A stretch of DNA of 64,000 bases from a candidate division WOR-3 bacterium (GTDB lineage: Bacteria; Hydrothermota; 32-111). The notes below the pieces were generated by a model. It had not been told where the DNA came from. It did no database searches and saw only the letters and a program-made list of their open reading frames with translations. This document shows, in pieces, positions 10,345 to 22,822 of this stretch; the stretch's first letter is position 1; each line of letters begins with the position of its first letter. The translations under genes and the position numbers were made by a program. The stretch is taken from the NCBI GenBank assembly GCA_039804205.1, contig JBDRZY010000001.1, positions 354,595-418,594 on the forward strand, read 5' to 3'.

Positions 10345-10372
10345 TTGATAATCTCTGAATTTATGATATAAT
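10345..10372 (+). promoter_or_regulatory. Sigma70 promoter, probably leaderless
   Basis: TTGATA-16-TATAAT with TG extension; ATG 8 nt downstream, no SD. Confidence 0.65.
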
Positions 10373-10380
10373 TTAAAATT

Positions 10381-12635
<2,255 letters not shown>

Positions 12636-12638
12636 ATA

Positions 12639-12667
12639 TTGACAAAATTTTATTTCTATGTTATTAT
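12639..12667 (+). promoter_or_regulatory. Sigma70 promoter of tRNA-Asp
   Basis: TTGACA-17-TATTAT with TG extension. Confidence 0.7.
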
Positions 12668-12683
12668 AACATCCCTAATAGAC

Positions 12684-12757
12684 GGGGGCGTAGTTCAGTT
12701 GGTTAGAACGCTTGCCTGTCACGCAAGAGGTCGCGAGTTCGAGTCTCGTCGCTCCCG
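12684..12757 (+). tRNA. tRNA-Asp(GTC); CCA not encoded
   Basis: Cloverleaf: GGGGGCG/CGCTCCC acceptor stem, CTTGC-CT-GTC-AC-GCAAG anticodon arm, GTTCGAGT T-loop. Confidence 0.97.
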
Positions 12758-12811
12758 TGTGTTTAACTAATTTTAGGATGTTCCCAATAAACATAAAAAT
12801 TAAATTTTAAC

Positions 12812-12839
12812 TTGAATTAAGTATTTTAGTTAGTATAAT
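12812..12839 (+). promoter_or_regulatory. Sigma70 promoter, probably leaderless
   Basis: TTGAAT-16-TATAAT; ATG 8 nt downstream, no SD. Confidence 0.62.
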
Positions 12840-12847
12840 CTAAAATT

Positions 12848-14347
12848 ATGAAGAAAAAAGTTATCATAGTTGGGATAGATGGTGGGACATTCACTCTGAT
12901 AGATAGGTTTATCGAAGAAGGAAAATTACCATTTTTTAAGTTTTTGAAAGAAAACTCTATGTACTCTTTTATGGATTCAGTTGAACAGGATACAAGAGTT
13001 CCAATCTCCCCAACAATTTGGACATCACTTGCAACAGGGAAAAAAGCTGAAAAACATAAAATTTTATCTTTTTTTAATCTCCAACAGGATATAGTTTCAG
13101 CAAGATGGTTTGAAATTTTAAACCATTATGGATACTCTGTTGGAACTTTTGGATGGGAGTTGACATGGCCACCTGAAAATTATGGTGGATTCACGATACC
13201 ATGCTCGATGGCTAGAGATAACAGAACTTTTCCTACATATCTTTATCCTATCATGGAACTTAGAGGAAAGAAAAAGGGGAATCTATTCAAAAATATATTT
13301 TTATTTTTTAAGTTAAAAAAAATCGGAGTAGATTTTTTAACATTGATCCAACTGTCATTGAATACATTGGTTGAAAAATTTTATGATAAAAAATTGAAAC
13401 TTTTTAAAAGGTTGATTTTTTTGAACAGAATTAATCTCTCGCTTTTTTTGAATCTTGTGAAAAAATTTAAAACCGATGTATCATTTTTCTTTATTCCTTT
13501 ATCAGATTCCGCATCGCACTATTTCTGGAAATATGCGGATAAAGAAAACTTCCCTGAAGTTTCTGATGAAGAAAGAAAAAGATATGGAGATTTTCTTTTA
13601 AAAGCATACATTGAGATAGACAACAGTTTAAGAAAAATATATGAAAATAACAAAGATGCATCTCTGTTTATAATATCGGATCATGGTATGAAACCTATAA
13701 GAGAGGGGAGTTTCAAAACTCTATCTTTAAAACAGAAAAGTTTTCTTGAAAAAACAAACATTCTTGGAAAAGTGGAAATCTATTTTGTCGGATTGAACTC
13801 TGTTATAGTTTTAAAAGAGAATACTGGACTGGATGTAGAGAATCTTATGGGTTTCTTTAAGAACATCATCATCAAACCTTCAGGAGAAAAGTTTTTTGAA
13901 GTTGTTGAAAAAGATGAGAGTGGAAGAATTTTTTTAAAGATTACACAGTTTGACAAAGGAAAATTTAAAGAGGAGGATCTTTCAAATCTCAAAGTTCTTA
14001 TTGGAACAGATTATTTTGATTTTCTTTCACTTGTCGATGTAAACGATATTGAAAGATCCGCTGACCATGACAAAACAGGAATTTTTATGATCTATGACAG
14101 AGTTCTACAATTTAAAGGGAATACTGGAAACTCAACGATATACGATTTTCTTCCAACACTTCTCTCTTTTTTGAATTTACCTTTAGCGAAAGATTTTGAC
14201 GGGAAACCTATCTATAAATTCTCTAATTCAACTATGATAGATTCTTACGATTTTTTGGTGAAAAGAAAAAAAGAAGAAGTAAAAATAGATGATGAATTTG
14301 TGAAAGAAGAATTGAGAAGATTGGGTTATCTGAAAGATAGGGAGTAA
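12848..14347 (+). CDS. Alkaline-phosphatase-superfamily protein (type I phosphodiesterase/NPP-like)
   Basis: VGIDGG, PISPTIWTSLATG, D..SH.FW, ISDHG, ADH, DFLPTLL..DG, C-terminal ELRRLGYL. Confidence 0.85.
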   Translation: MKKKVIIVGIDGGTFTLIDRFIEEGKLPFFKFLKENSMYSFMDSVEQDTRVPISPTIWTSLATGKKAEKHKILSFFNLQQDIVSARWFEILNHYGYSVGTFGWELTWPPENYGGFTIPCSMARDNRTFPTYLYPIMELRGKKKGNLFKNIFLFFKLKKIGVDFLTLIQLSLNTLVEKFYDKKLKLFKRLIFLNRINLSLFLNLVKKFKTDVSFFFIPLSDSASHYFWKYADKENFPEVSDEERKRYGDFLLKAYIEIDNSLRKIYENNKDASLFIISDHGMKPIREGSFKTLSLKQKSFLEKTNILGKVEIYFVGLNSVIVLKENTGLDVENLMGFFKNIIIKPSGEKFFEVVEKDESGRIFLKITQFDKGKFKEEDLSNLKVLIGTDYFDFLSLVDVNDIERSADHDKTGIFMIYDRVLQFKGNTGNSTIYDFLPTLLSFLNLPLAKDFDGKPIYKFSNSTMIDSYDFLVKRKKEEVKIDDEFVKEELRRLGYLKDRE

Positions 14348-14349
14348 AG

Positions 14350-15099
14350 ATGAAAAATTTTCAAGCGGTTATTCTTGCAGCAGGAACCGGTGAAAGGTTG
14401 AAACCAGATACTGAAACGAAACCAAAAACAATGTTAAGGGTTGGAAGAACAACTTTCATGGGACTTATCATAGAAAATATTTATAATAATGGATTAAAAG
14501 ATATTTTGATCGTTGGAGGTCACCAATTTTCTGTTTTAAAAAGGTATGTTTTAGGTTTAAGAAAAAAGTTTAAAGATATAAATTTTACTTTTGTTGAAAA
14601 CAAAAAGTATAAAGAATATAATAACTGTTATACTCTTTTTACCGCATTACCACATATAACACGAGATTTTATCATTTTTAACAGTGATATAATTTTTGAC
14701 AGCGATATTCTCAAAAAGGTCTTAACAAATGATGAAAATTGCATTGTCGTTGATAATGTGAAAACTCTTGGAGAAGAGGAAATGAAGGTTCTTTTAAAGG
14801 ATGGTTATGTTTCATCTTTATCCAAAAAAAATCGAGTGGAGGATTCAGTCGGTGAATATATAGGTATAACGATGGTGAAATTTGACTCAATAAAAGCGAT
14901 GATGAAACATTATGAAACTTTTGATTTTTTAGCAAAAGGTAAATACTATGAGGATCTACTCGTTGATATCTCAAAAGATGGGGTTTTTTTCAGACCTGTT
15001 TACACTGATGGACTTTTATGGACTGAGGTCGATACTTTTGAGGATCTTTCATATGCAAGAGAAGTGATATACAAAAATTTGAAAAAAAATAAAAAATGA
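14350..15099 (+). CDS. LicC/PntC-like phosphocholine or phosphonate cytidylyltransferase
   Basis: ILAAGTGERL..T..KPK, YNNCYTL, EEMKV, GEYIGI, YYED, WTEVDTFEDL. Confidence 0.8.
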   Translation: MKNFQAVILAAGTGERLKPDTETKPKTMLRVGRTTFMGLIIENIYNNGLKDILIVGGHQFSVLKRYVLGLRKKFKDINFTFVENKKYKEYNNCYTLFTALPHITRDFIIFNSDIIFDSDILKKVLTNDENCIVVDNVKTLGEEEMKVLLKDGYVSSLSKKNRVEDSVGEYIGITMVKFDSIKAMMKHYETFDFLAKGKYYEDLLVDISKDGVFFRPVYTDGLLWTEVDTFEDLSYAREVIYKNLKKNKK

Positions 15100-16190
15100 A
15101 AAACATAATTTTGATAATAATAGATGGAGCAAGATACGATTTTGTAAAAGAAGATTTTGTATATCAGGAATTATTTTCAAAATCCGTTTGGTATAACAGA
15201 TTTTACACAGCATCACCATATACAATCGGTTCTATGCATACGATTTTTACAGGTCTTTATCCGAAAAACAATGGTGTGAATGGATATTTCAGACCTAACG
15301 ATTTAAAAAAGGATGTTAAGATAATACCTCAGTATTTAAAAGAAAATGGTTATTCAACTTTTGCAAATATTCCAAGTCCTGTTGTTATGGCTAACAGGGG
15401 GTTTGATGTTTACACTTTACATGATGAATACAATCAGGATGTTGAAAAAAAACATATAGAGTTTATTCAGGAAAATTTTGAAAAGATGAAAACCTGTAAG
15501 CCGTTTTTTCTATATCTACACTATTCGAAAATACACACTTCACTTGTCAACAATGTCTTAAATGTTTATAACGATAGGTCCGAAGAATATTTTAAAAACA
15601 TTGAAAAAAACAGGGAAAGGTATAGAAATGATATTAAACTCTCAGGTGAATATTTAAAAAAAATTCTTGCCCTTTTAAAAGAAAAACAATTGGATGCGAA
15701 TAGTGATATCTGGATCCTTTCCGATCATGGTGCTTCAACAGGTGAAGTTTTTGGTGAAAGAGCTTATGGAGTTTTTCTTTACAATTATACTTTACACAAT
15801 TTTGTAATAAAATATGGAGAGGAGAAAAAGGAAGATGAAAATTCTCTCCATTCAACAGTCGATTTTCTTCCATTACTTCTTGATTCTGTTGGGATTAAAA
15901 TTCCAGAAAATATTGATGGAAGATTGAAAAGGGAATTTGTTGAAAAAGGTTTTTTTAAAGAGATGAAAAAAGTTTTTGAAATCTATTTCGAAACAGGTGG
16001 AGTAGATGGGCCTTTCCCTTCACCTGAAAAACATAACATATTTGGTGTTTTCGATGGTGAGAGAAAGTTGGTCCATATTAAAACCATAGACAGGTATCAA
16101 CAGTTCACGGTTAAAGATGAAAGAGATATTGAGCAAAAAAACATAGATAAAGATCTGAAAGAAAAACTAATAAAGTATGAAAAAGGATAA
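15096..16190 (+). CDS. Sulfatase-like hydrolase/transferase (AP superfamily, Thr at nucleophile position)
   Basis: NIILIIIDGAR, SPYTIGSMHTIFTGLYP, PFFLYLHY..H, LSDHG. Confidence 0.8.
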   Translation: MKNIILIIIDGARYDFVKEDFVYQELFSKSVWYNRFYTASPYTIGSMHTIFTGLYPKNNGVNGYFRPNDLKKDVKIIPQYLKENGYSTFANIPSPVVMANRGFDVYTLHDEYNQDVEKKHIEFIQENFEKMKTCKPFFLYLHYSKIHTSLVNNVLNVYNDRSEEYFKNIEKNRERYRNDIKLSGEYLKKILALLKEKQLDANSDIWILSDHGASTGEVFGERAYGVFLYNYTLHNFVIKYGEEKKEDENSLHSTVDFLPLLLDSVGIKIPENIDGRLKREFVEKGFFKEMKKVFEIYFETGGVDGPFPSPEKHNIFGVFDGERKLVHIKTIDRYQQFTVKDERDIEQKNIDKDLKEKLIKYEKG

Positions 16191-17313
16191 AAAAGTCCTT
16201 TTGGTTTCCCATCTCTGGCCAGAATCACCACAAAGGTTAACACCTTCAACAGGTATATATGTTTATGAGCAGGTTGAAGAGTTAAAAAAAGTGTGTGATG
16301 TAAAAATTTTTGTTCCTGTTAGAATAAACCCTTCAATAAAAGAGATCCTTTTAATTGCTTTTACCAGTAAAAGAGAAAGAATACTGGAAAAATACAAAAT
16401 CAAACAACCAGAAAAAGATTTTAATTTTCTAAAATATTATAAAATATTCTCAAAACATTTTGATTCCTTTTTAATTTCTTTTCTTCTTTATTTAAAAACA
16501 AAAGATGAAAGATTTGATGTGATTCATTCCCATACGCTTTTTCCGGATGGATTTTCTGGATACATTCTTTCAAGATTAAAAAAAATCCCTTTCGTTGTTA
16601 CGATACATGGTTCTGATCTGATGTTTATAAAAAAAAGACCTTTTGATAAGATTTTGGTAAACTATTATCTTAGAAAAGCAAAAAAGGTTATAGTTGTTAG
16701 TGAAAAAATGCAAAAGATTCTTGAAAACGATTTTAAAATTAAAAACTCAATAGTTATCAGAAACGGTATTAAAGAGATTTTCGAAATGACAGATGGATCA
16801 AAAAATCTTCTGTTTGTTGGACGGTTGACAGATGTTAAAGATCCTTTAATGTTGATAGATATTTTTAATGAGTTCTTAAAAATAAGAAGCGATTTTAAAC
16901 TCAAAATTGTTGGTGATGGACCATTGAAGGCGCAGGTTTTAAAAAGAATTGATGAATACAAAATAAACGATCATGTTGATTTTGAAGGTTTTGTTGAAAG
17001 AGAAAAGATAAAAGATGTTTACAAAAAAGGGTTTTTAACATTGATAACAAGTAAATCAGAAGGTTTTCCGACAATACTTTTTGAATCTTTCTCTTCTGGT
17101 ATCCCCGTAGTTTCGTTCGATGTGGGTGGTGTTAAGGAAGTTGTAAAAGATTATAAAACAGGATTTGTAATTGAAAAAAGAGATATGCAACAGTTTGTAA
17201 AAAAACTCGTTGAGGCAGTTGATTACAACTGGGATAGGGAATACTTGAGAAATTTTTCTTCAAATTTCACATGGAAAAAAATTTCAGAAGAAATTCTTGA
17301 AAAAGTTTATTGA
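16177..17313 (+). CDS. Glycosyltransferase family 4
   Basis: HSH..FPDG, TIHGSD, FVGRL..K, EGFP...E, DVGG. Confidence 0.9.
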   Translation: MKKDKKVLLVSHLWPESPQRLTPSTGIYVYEQVEELKKVCDVKIFVPVRINPSIKEILLIAFTSKRERILEKYKIKQPEKDFNFLKYYKIFSKHFDSFLISFLLYLKTKDERFDVIHSHTLFPDGFSGYILSRLKKIPFVVTIHGSDLMFIKKRPFDKILVNYYLRKAKKVIVVSEKMQKILENDFKIKNSIVIRNGIKEIFEMTDGSKNLLFVGRLTDVKDPLMLIDIFNEFLKIRSDFKLKIVGDGPLKAQVLKRIDEYKINDHVDFEGFVEREKIKDVYKKGFLTLITSKSEGFPTILFESFSSGIPVVSFDVGGVKEVVKDYKTGFVIEKRDMQQFVKKLVEAVDYNWDREYLRNFSSNFTWKKISEEILEKVY

Positions 17314-17315
17314 AT

Positions 17316-17347
17316 AAAAAAAGGGGGCTTTTAAAGCCCCCTTTTTT
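17316..17347. terminator. Bidirectional intrinsic terminator
   Basis: A7-GGGGGCTT-loop-AAGCCCCC-T6 between convergent genes. Confidence 0.9.
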
Positions 17348-17359
17348 ATTTTTATCTGG

Positions 17360-20300
17360 TTACTTTAAAATTGTAACCTTGATGTTATCTTTCTTTGTTC
17401 CCTGAGTTAGAACAACATAGTAGATACCTGCTGAAAGTTTCTTTTCATCAACTTTTGCAGTATATCTACCAGGAGTCATAACTCCGTTTGCAAGTGTTGC
17501 AACAACCTGACCTGTAACCGAGTATACTTTCAAAGTAACATAGTCCTCTCTATCGATTGAGTAGTTTATGTTGAAACTACCTTTAACTGGATTCTTATCA
17601 AGTTGATAGAGTTTGAACACATAAGGATTGAAGAATTTAATCGAGACCTGTCCATATGTTACCTTTTCTCCACCAAGTTTTACAAGGTCAAGTTTGTATG
17701 TATATGTTCCGTTTTCAGAGATCTTGTTATCAACAAACTTTGTTGATTTGAAATCAACTGAACCAACAACCTCAAACTGATCATTCTCTTTTGCTCTTGA
17801 AATCTCCCATGCAGAACCATTGTTTATACCTTCCTTTTCCCATTCAAGATATACATCTGTACCTTTCTGTGTTGCAACAAGTGATACAGTGTTGAGTGCT
17901 GTTGTTGTGTTGTTGACAACATAGACCTCATCGGATGTGTTGAACGAATAACCCTGATAATTAACCGCTCTGACTTTGAAGTAATGTAGACCTTTTGTAT
18001 TTGGTATAACGAATGTTGCTGTTGTATCTGTTGTTGTTAAAACTGAATCTTTTGATGTTGCATAGAAGTTTGGATCCTGAGATCTGTAAACAATGTATTT
18101 TGTAACAAAGTCCTTTAATGGGTTCTTCTTCCAGACAAGTGTAACGGTATTTGTAGCATCGTTGAATGTACAGGAACTTGTAACAAGATCGACCTGTTGT
18201 GGAAGAACGAGTGCTGTTACATCAATTTTTGTAACCTCTGAATTATCAAGGTTCATAGTCCATAAATAATATCTATTTCCAAATGCGTATGGAACAGCGG
18301 GTGTAACTCCATCAGAAGAAACATCCTGAATCGCTATATCATAAGCTGGATAGTTTCCAAAAACTGATGGACATGATATTGTATTAATTGTCTTGAATTC
18401 AAGGTTTGAAGGAACAGAAGGATTGTTGATTGGATATTTTCTAAAGATTAAATTTTCATAAATATTGACAGACCAGAGACATGTTCCATCCCATTCAATA
18501 CCTCTACCGTTGTTCCATTTTCCACCATAACCTGTTCCATCGAGAAGTGCTGCTCTATCCCATATTGTTGATAGAGTTCCGAGTGTCTTTCTGACTCCAT
18601 ATATTGATTCTTCAAGTGTTCCATATGTCTGCCAGTAACCATAGAGTGAATCATTGTTATCAAAAGTAACTCCTCTGACTCTTTTCATAACTGTTCCTGC
18701 ATAATCAGAGTTAGGCCATCTCAACCTTCCAACAAGAACCGGAGCACCTGATGAGAGGTCATAGCAGTATGCAGAATCACCTGAAGAGTACCAGATTCTT
18801 CCCTGTTTATCATGATCCATGCACATAAGGTAGTTTGCACCACCATAAACGAATGAATCTTTTACAACTGTTCCCCATGTTGAGAGATCAAGAATGAACA
18901 TCTTTTTAGCACCCGTTCCATAAACGTTTCCAAGTCCTGTTCCACCGGTTATGAACAACCAGTCGTTTATGTCAGGGAAATACATCAAATCGATACCTGC
19001 TGGATCTCTGAGTGAGTTGGATATGGTTCTCAAAACTCTTGAGTAAACCATCGGTGTTGAATTGATCTTTATACCAAACTCTGTCTCGTTTGATCCATTT
19101 GAAGATGTAAAGTAGAGTGTGAAGAACAGAATTGTGTCTGTTGGACAACCTGGTTTAACTTTGATTCTGAAAACATCAGCAGTGTTTGAAACTGTTGCAA
19201 GTGAATTGATTGTTCCATAGTTTGCAGTTGAATCTATAACTGTGACAAGTCCATATTTGTGTCTTAACTTCGCAACAACACTTGATGCGTTTCCACCAAC
19301 GTTTTTGACTGCAATCACAAGATCAACAACTTCATCCGGATCAACTGAACCATTTCTATTTGAATAGTTTGTTAAAGTATCATAAACTGTATGTGATTTG
19401 TATGCAAATGAAGCTGTGGCTGGAACTGTTGCGTTATCTATAGTGAACCACATGGTATCACCTGGTGCTGAGATCGAAATGATGTATGGTCCAAAACTTG
19501 TTGTTGAACCGTTTATGTTTGCACCTGCTGAAGTTAAGTTTGTAAATTCATAATCATCACCAGCAAAATATGGTGCCTGACCAGCATCTCTGTAGATTGT
19601 ATCAGAAGGATATGTAACATGGATCTGTGGATCAAAGCCCCTCTGTTCAACCCAGTATGTGTAATAATCAGGTCCTTCATTATAATATGTTCCCTTTTCT
19701 GACTGATCATAGTGAACTATTATCAAACCATGCTCGGGTAAGCATGATTCAAAGAAACCTTTATTACATCTATTTTCAATGAAGAAATATTCTCCTGCTG
19801 TTGTCATCGCAGCATTTCTTGCCATGATGAATCTTGGACCACCTTTTGATGAATCAGCAGCAAGACCGACAACAAAATATCTTCCGTTTGTTGTGATCAA
19901 CTGATCCCAGTCATCAGGCATAAATCCTGCTGTTGTATCACCAAGTTCAGGATAACCTCTGAATGAGTACTGAAGCATTGCACCTGGATGTGGTGGTCTT
20001 GATCCTGATTGTATTCCATCACCAGTCCAAGAACCTGCATCCATCAAACTCCATACATCAGCAGGTTCACCTTCATATCCATAATCATAAAGGTCAGGTG
20101 CACTGAAAGCATGGTATGACTCGTGAGCATGAACACCTATACCCATCGTATATGATCTTACAAACTGTGTATCAAGAAGTTGTGTTAATGTCCATGTTTT
20201 TGATAATGAATCTGTCAACTCTCCAGCGTTGGTCGGGTTTCTAACTGTTGCACCTGTTGTTGTTGAAACAGTTGTTGTATATTTTGTAGCCCACATATCT

Positions 20301-21169
20301 TTTAAAGATCCTGTTGCTGACTGTTCACCACCAGCACGGACAACTATCCAGTGGTCAACATAACCATCACCATCACCATCATAATCAGAGTATGCATTCT
20401 GATCTGCTCTGTGTGGTGTTGTTTTCATTCTTCCTGAACTTCTATAGATTATGTCCTGCATATAAGTTAATTCAGCACCATCACCATAAGCACCATAAGT
20501 TTTTCCTGATGAAACTGGACCCTGAACATGGCATGCAGTATCTATAAGCCATCTACCAAAAGATATTTCTTTAAAGAATGTCCTGAATGAACCTGGTGAA
20601 TTTGAGAAAAAGACTGAATCCCAGTATAATGAATCATGTGCTGTTCCACCATATTTTCCTGAAGTAAAACCAGATCTTAATGTCCAGGAATTTATATCCC
20701 ATCTATCTGGTCTTACAGTTCCAAGGAAAGATGAATCATCAAAGCATCCAAGTATAACTAAAAATTTTCTGTCAGTGTAACCACCTTTTGTTGCTGCTTC
20801 GTCGTTGATGTTAAAAAGTTTTGTCCAGTTTATCTGTTTGAACTCGTTTCCTGGAAGTGCAGCAACTTTATCTGGATCAGGTCTTAAACCTTTTGGAAAT
20901 GGTGGATTATCTTTTCCAACTATGAAAAGCGAGGGAACCAGCAAACCGTCAACTTTATTTGCATAAGTCCACCATCCCTCACTGTTTCTGATGATAGAAT
21001 ACCTATCCTCAGTTTCAGCAAAATGGAAATGCTCATCTCCCTTTAGTTGAGCAATAAACTTTGTTCCATCCGGTTGTTCGAAGACCCTGAAACCTGGTCT
21101 TGCTGGAACAGCAAAAACTGCTACAGCAACAAAGAGAAGGAGCAAAGTAAATGTGAAAAGTTTTTTCAT
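17360..21169 (-). CDS. Secreted M6-family (immune inhibitor A-like) metalloprotease with C-terminal T9SS/FlgD-like sorting domain
   Basis: Signal peptide; AVPARPG..QPDG..GDE prodomain; HESYH...PDLYD; WSLM..GSW; YFFIENR; C-terminal VYSVTGQVV...LSAGIYYV..KVTILK; SD AGGAGG. Confidence 0.9.
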   Translation of the reverse strand: MKKLFTFTLLLLFVAVAVFAVPARPGFRVFEQPDGTKFIAQLKGDEHFHFAETEDRYSIIRNSEGWWTYANKVDGLLVPSLFIVGKDNPPFPKGLRPDPDKVAALPGNEFKQINWTKLFNINDEAATKGGYTDRKFLVILGCFDDSSFLGTVRPDRWDINSWTLRSGFTSGKYGGTAHDSLYWDSVFFSNSPGSFRTFFKEISFGRWLIDTACHVQGPVSSGKTYGAYGDGAELTYMQDIIYRSSGRMKTTPHRADQNAYSDYDGDGDGYVDHWIVVRAGGEQSATGSLKDMWATKYTTTVSTTTGATVRNPTNAGELTDSLSKTWTLTQLLDTQFVRSYTMGIGVHAHESYHAFSAPDLYDYGYEGEPADVWSLMDAGSWTGDGIQSGSRPPHPGAMLQYSFRGYPELGDTTAGFMPDDWDQLITTNGRYFVVGLAADSSKGGPRFIMARNAAMTTAGEYFFIENRCNKGFFESCLPEHGLIIVHYDQSEKGTYYNEGPDYYTYWVEQRGFDPQIHVTYPSDTIYRDAGQAPYFAGDDYEFTNLTSAGANINGSTTSFGPYIISISAPGDTMWFTIDNATVPATASFAYKSHTVYDTLTNYSNRNGSVDPDEVVDLVIAVKNVGGNASSVVAKLRHKYGLVTVIDSTANYGTINSLATVSNTADVFRIKVKPGCPTDTILFFTLYFTSSNGSNETEFGIKINSTPMVYSRVLRTISNSLRDPAGIDLMYFPDINDWLFITGGTGLGNVYGTGAKKMFILDLSTWGTVVKDSFVYGGANYLMCMDHDKQGRIWYSSGDSAYCYDLSSGAPVLVGRLRWPNSDYAGTVMKRVRGVTFDNNDSLYGYWQTYGTLEESIYGVRKTLGTLSTIWDRAALLDGTGYGGKWNNGRGIEWDGTCLWSVNIYENLIFRKYPINNPSVPSNLEFKTINTISCPSVFGNYPAYDIAIQDVSSDGVTPAVPYAFGNRYYLWTMNLDNSEVTKIDVTALVLPQQVDLVTSSCTFNDATNTVTLVWKKNPLKDFVTKYIVYRSQDPNFYATSKDSVLTTTDTTATFVIPNTKGLHYFKVRAVNYQGYSFNTSDEVYVVNNTTTALNTVSLVATQKGTDVYLEWEKEGINNGSAWEISRAKENDQFEVVGSVDFKSTKFVDNKISENGTYTYKLDLVKLGGEKVTYGQVSIKFFNPYVFKLYQLDKNPVKGSFNINYSIDREDYVTLKVYSVTGQVVATLANGVMTPGRYTAKVDEKKLSAGIYYVVLTQGTKKDNIKVTILK

Positions 21170-21209
21170 TTAACCTCCTATCATTTTCTCTATAATTACG
21201 ATATCTTAA

Positions 21210-21225
21210 AGCAAAAAACATACCA
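21210..21225 (-). promoter_or_regulatory. Sigma54 (-24/-12) promoter of the M6 protease gene
   Basis: Minus strand TGGTATG-TTTT-TTGCT; exactly 10 nt between GG and GC. Confidence 0.7.
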
Positions 21226-21371
21226 TAGATAAATAATTATTTTTTTAATATTTATGCTGAAATTAAAAATCCTGTGACGAAAAAAATTGCATAGCATTAA
21301 CAAGGGGAAATATAAATATCTAATTAACTATAAGTTATCATTAAAAAAGAATTGAAATAGTTTTACCTGAA

Positions 21372-21386
21372 GTGCAAAAATTTCAC
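21372..21386. promoter_or_regulatory. Imperfect palindrome, candidate enhancer-binding-protein site
   Basis: GTGCAAAAATTTCAC; 13-nt core identical to 55365-55377. Confidence 0.4.
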
Positions 21387-21396
21387 TTTTTTAGTG

Positions 21397-21425
21397 TTGA
21401 CATAATTAAAAGAAAATATTATTAT
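21397..21425 (+). promoter_or_regulatory. Sigma70 promoter of lpdA
   Basis: TTGACA-17-TATTAT followed by SD GAGGAG. Confidence 0.7.
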
Positions 21426-21448
21426 ATTGAAAAAAGAGGAGTATAACG

Positions 21449-22786
21449 ATGAAGAAGTACAATGTGATAATTATAGGTGGAGGTTCTGGTGGTTATTATG
21501 CTGCTGAAAAGATAAAAGATATTGATTGTTCTAAAAGTGTGCTTTTGATAGAAAAGGATAAAATTGGTGGGGTTTGTCTAAATTATGGATGTATTCCCAC
21601 GAAAACTTTTATCTCAACAGCAGAGATGATAGAGAATTTTAATGTTTCAGAAAAATTTGGTATAAAAACTTCATTTTCTGTAGATTTTCCAAAAGTGTTT
21701 GAAAGAAAAGAAAAAATAGTAAAAATTCTACAAACAGGTCTTTACAAAAAACTGTTGAACCTTGGTATAGATATAATTTTTTCTACAGCACATCTGAAGG
21801 ATTGTAATATTGTTGAAACTGAAAATGGTGAAAAGTTTGAGTTTGATAATCTGATAATAGCAACAGGAAGTAAAGATATATCTTTGCCATTCATCGAATT
21901 TGATGGTGAAACGATTTTGAACTCAAAGGATGCTCTCTCTTTAAAAGAGATCCCTAAAAAACTTGTTATAATAGGTGGTGGTGTTATCGGCTGTGAGTTT
22001 GCAACATATTTTTCACTTTTTGGAAGTGAAGTTTCAGTTGTTGAAATGTTTGATACACCGCTTCCTTCAACAGAGAATAGTTTTGTTAAAGAAAGTTCAA
22101 AAAGAATTTTACAGAAAAGTGGAATAAAATTTTTGGGGTCAAGTAAAGTTGTTTCCGTTGATAAAGAGAGCAAAAAAATTTTTCTTTCATCAGGTGAAAG
22201 TTTAGATTTTGATAAACTTATTGTTGCTATCGGAAGAAAACCTGTAGTTGGTGTTGAGGTTGAAAATTACGGTATAAAAACCGATACGAAGGGTTTTATA
22301 ATAACCGACAGATATAAAAAAACTGATCTTGAAAACATATATGCTACTGGTGATGTGACACAGGGACCCATGCTTGCGCATAAAGGTTATTATGATGGTT
22401 TGATTGCAGCAAAAAATATTTGTGGTATCAAAAGTGAAAGAATGGATTATTGCCTTATCCCATATTCGGTTTTTACTATTCCACCCATCTCTCATTCTGG
22501 GAAAAGTGAAGATCAGTTGAAAGATGAAGGAATAGAGTATAAGATTTTAAAATCGAGTTATGCTGAAAATGGAAGGGCTGCAACATACGAATCAAGAATC
22601 GGAGAGTTGAGAGTTTATATTTCAAAAGATGACAGGATACTCGGAGTTGATATTGTTGGTAAAGATAGTGATGTGATCATCCATCAACTTTTACCATTTG
22701 TTCAAAATAATCTTGATTACAAAATTTTAAAGGAAACAGTTTTTATACATCCAACACTTTCAGAAATAGTTTCAGAACTCAAGTGA
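21449..22786 (+). CDS. lpdA: Dihydrolipoyl dehydrogenase
   Basis: GGGSGG, GGVCLNYGCIPTK redox disulfide, GGGVIGCE, GDV..PMLAHK, HPTLSE. Confidence 0.85.
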   Translation: MKKYNVIIIGGGSGGYYAAEKIKDIDCSKSVLLIEKDKIGGVCLNYGCIPTKTFISTAEMIENFNVSEKFGIKTSFSVDFPKVFERKEKIVKILQTGLYKKLLNLGIDIIFSTAHLKDCNIVETENGEKFEFDNLIIATGSKDISLPFIEFDGETILNSKDALSLKEIPKKLVIIGGGVIGCEFATYFSLFGSEVSVVEMFDTPLPSTENSFVKESSKRILQKSGIKFLGSSKVVSVDKESKKIFLSSGESLDFDKLIVAIGRKPVVGVEVENYGIKTDTKGFIITDRYKKTDLENIYATGDVTQGPMLAHKGYYDGLIAAKNICGIKSERMDYCLIPYSVFTIPPISHSGKSEDQLKDEGIEYKILKSSYAENGRAATYESRIGELRVYISKDDRILGVDIVGKDSDVIIHQLLPFVQNNLDYKILKETVFIHPTLSEIVSELK

Positions 22787-22788
22787 TA

Positions 22789-22816
22789 TTGACTTATATT
22801 TTTTGTTGGGTATACT
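22789..22816 (+). promoter_or_regulatory. Sigma70 promoter, probably leaderless
   Basis: TTGACT-16-TATACT; ATG 6 nt downstream, no SD. Confidence 0.65.
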
Positions 22817-22822
22817 TTTGCT

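Noticed and set aside
12758-17347. Possible genomic island integrated at tRNA-Asp
   Set aside because: No integrase and no duplicated tRNA 3' end seen; composition resembles flanking genes.
20314-20547. His-rich 77-aa ORF (HNHHHHHHN)
   Set aside because: Antisense by-product of the DYDGDGDG codons in the M6 protease.
21370-21388. Rex operator upstream of lpdA
   Set aside because: Half-site spacing is one base longer than TTGTGAA-N4-TTCACAA and the outer bases do not match.
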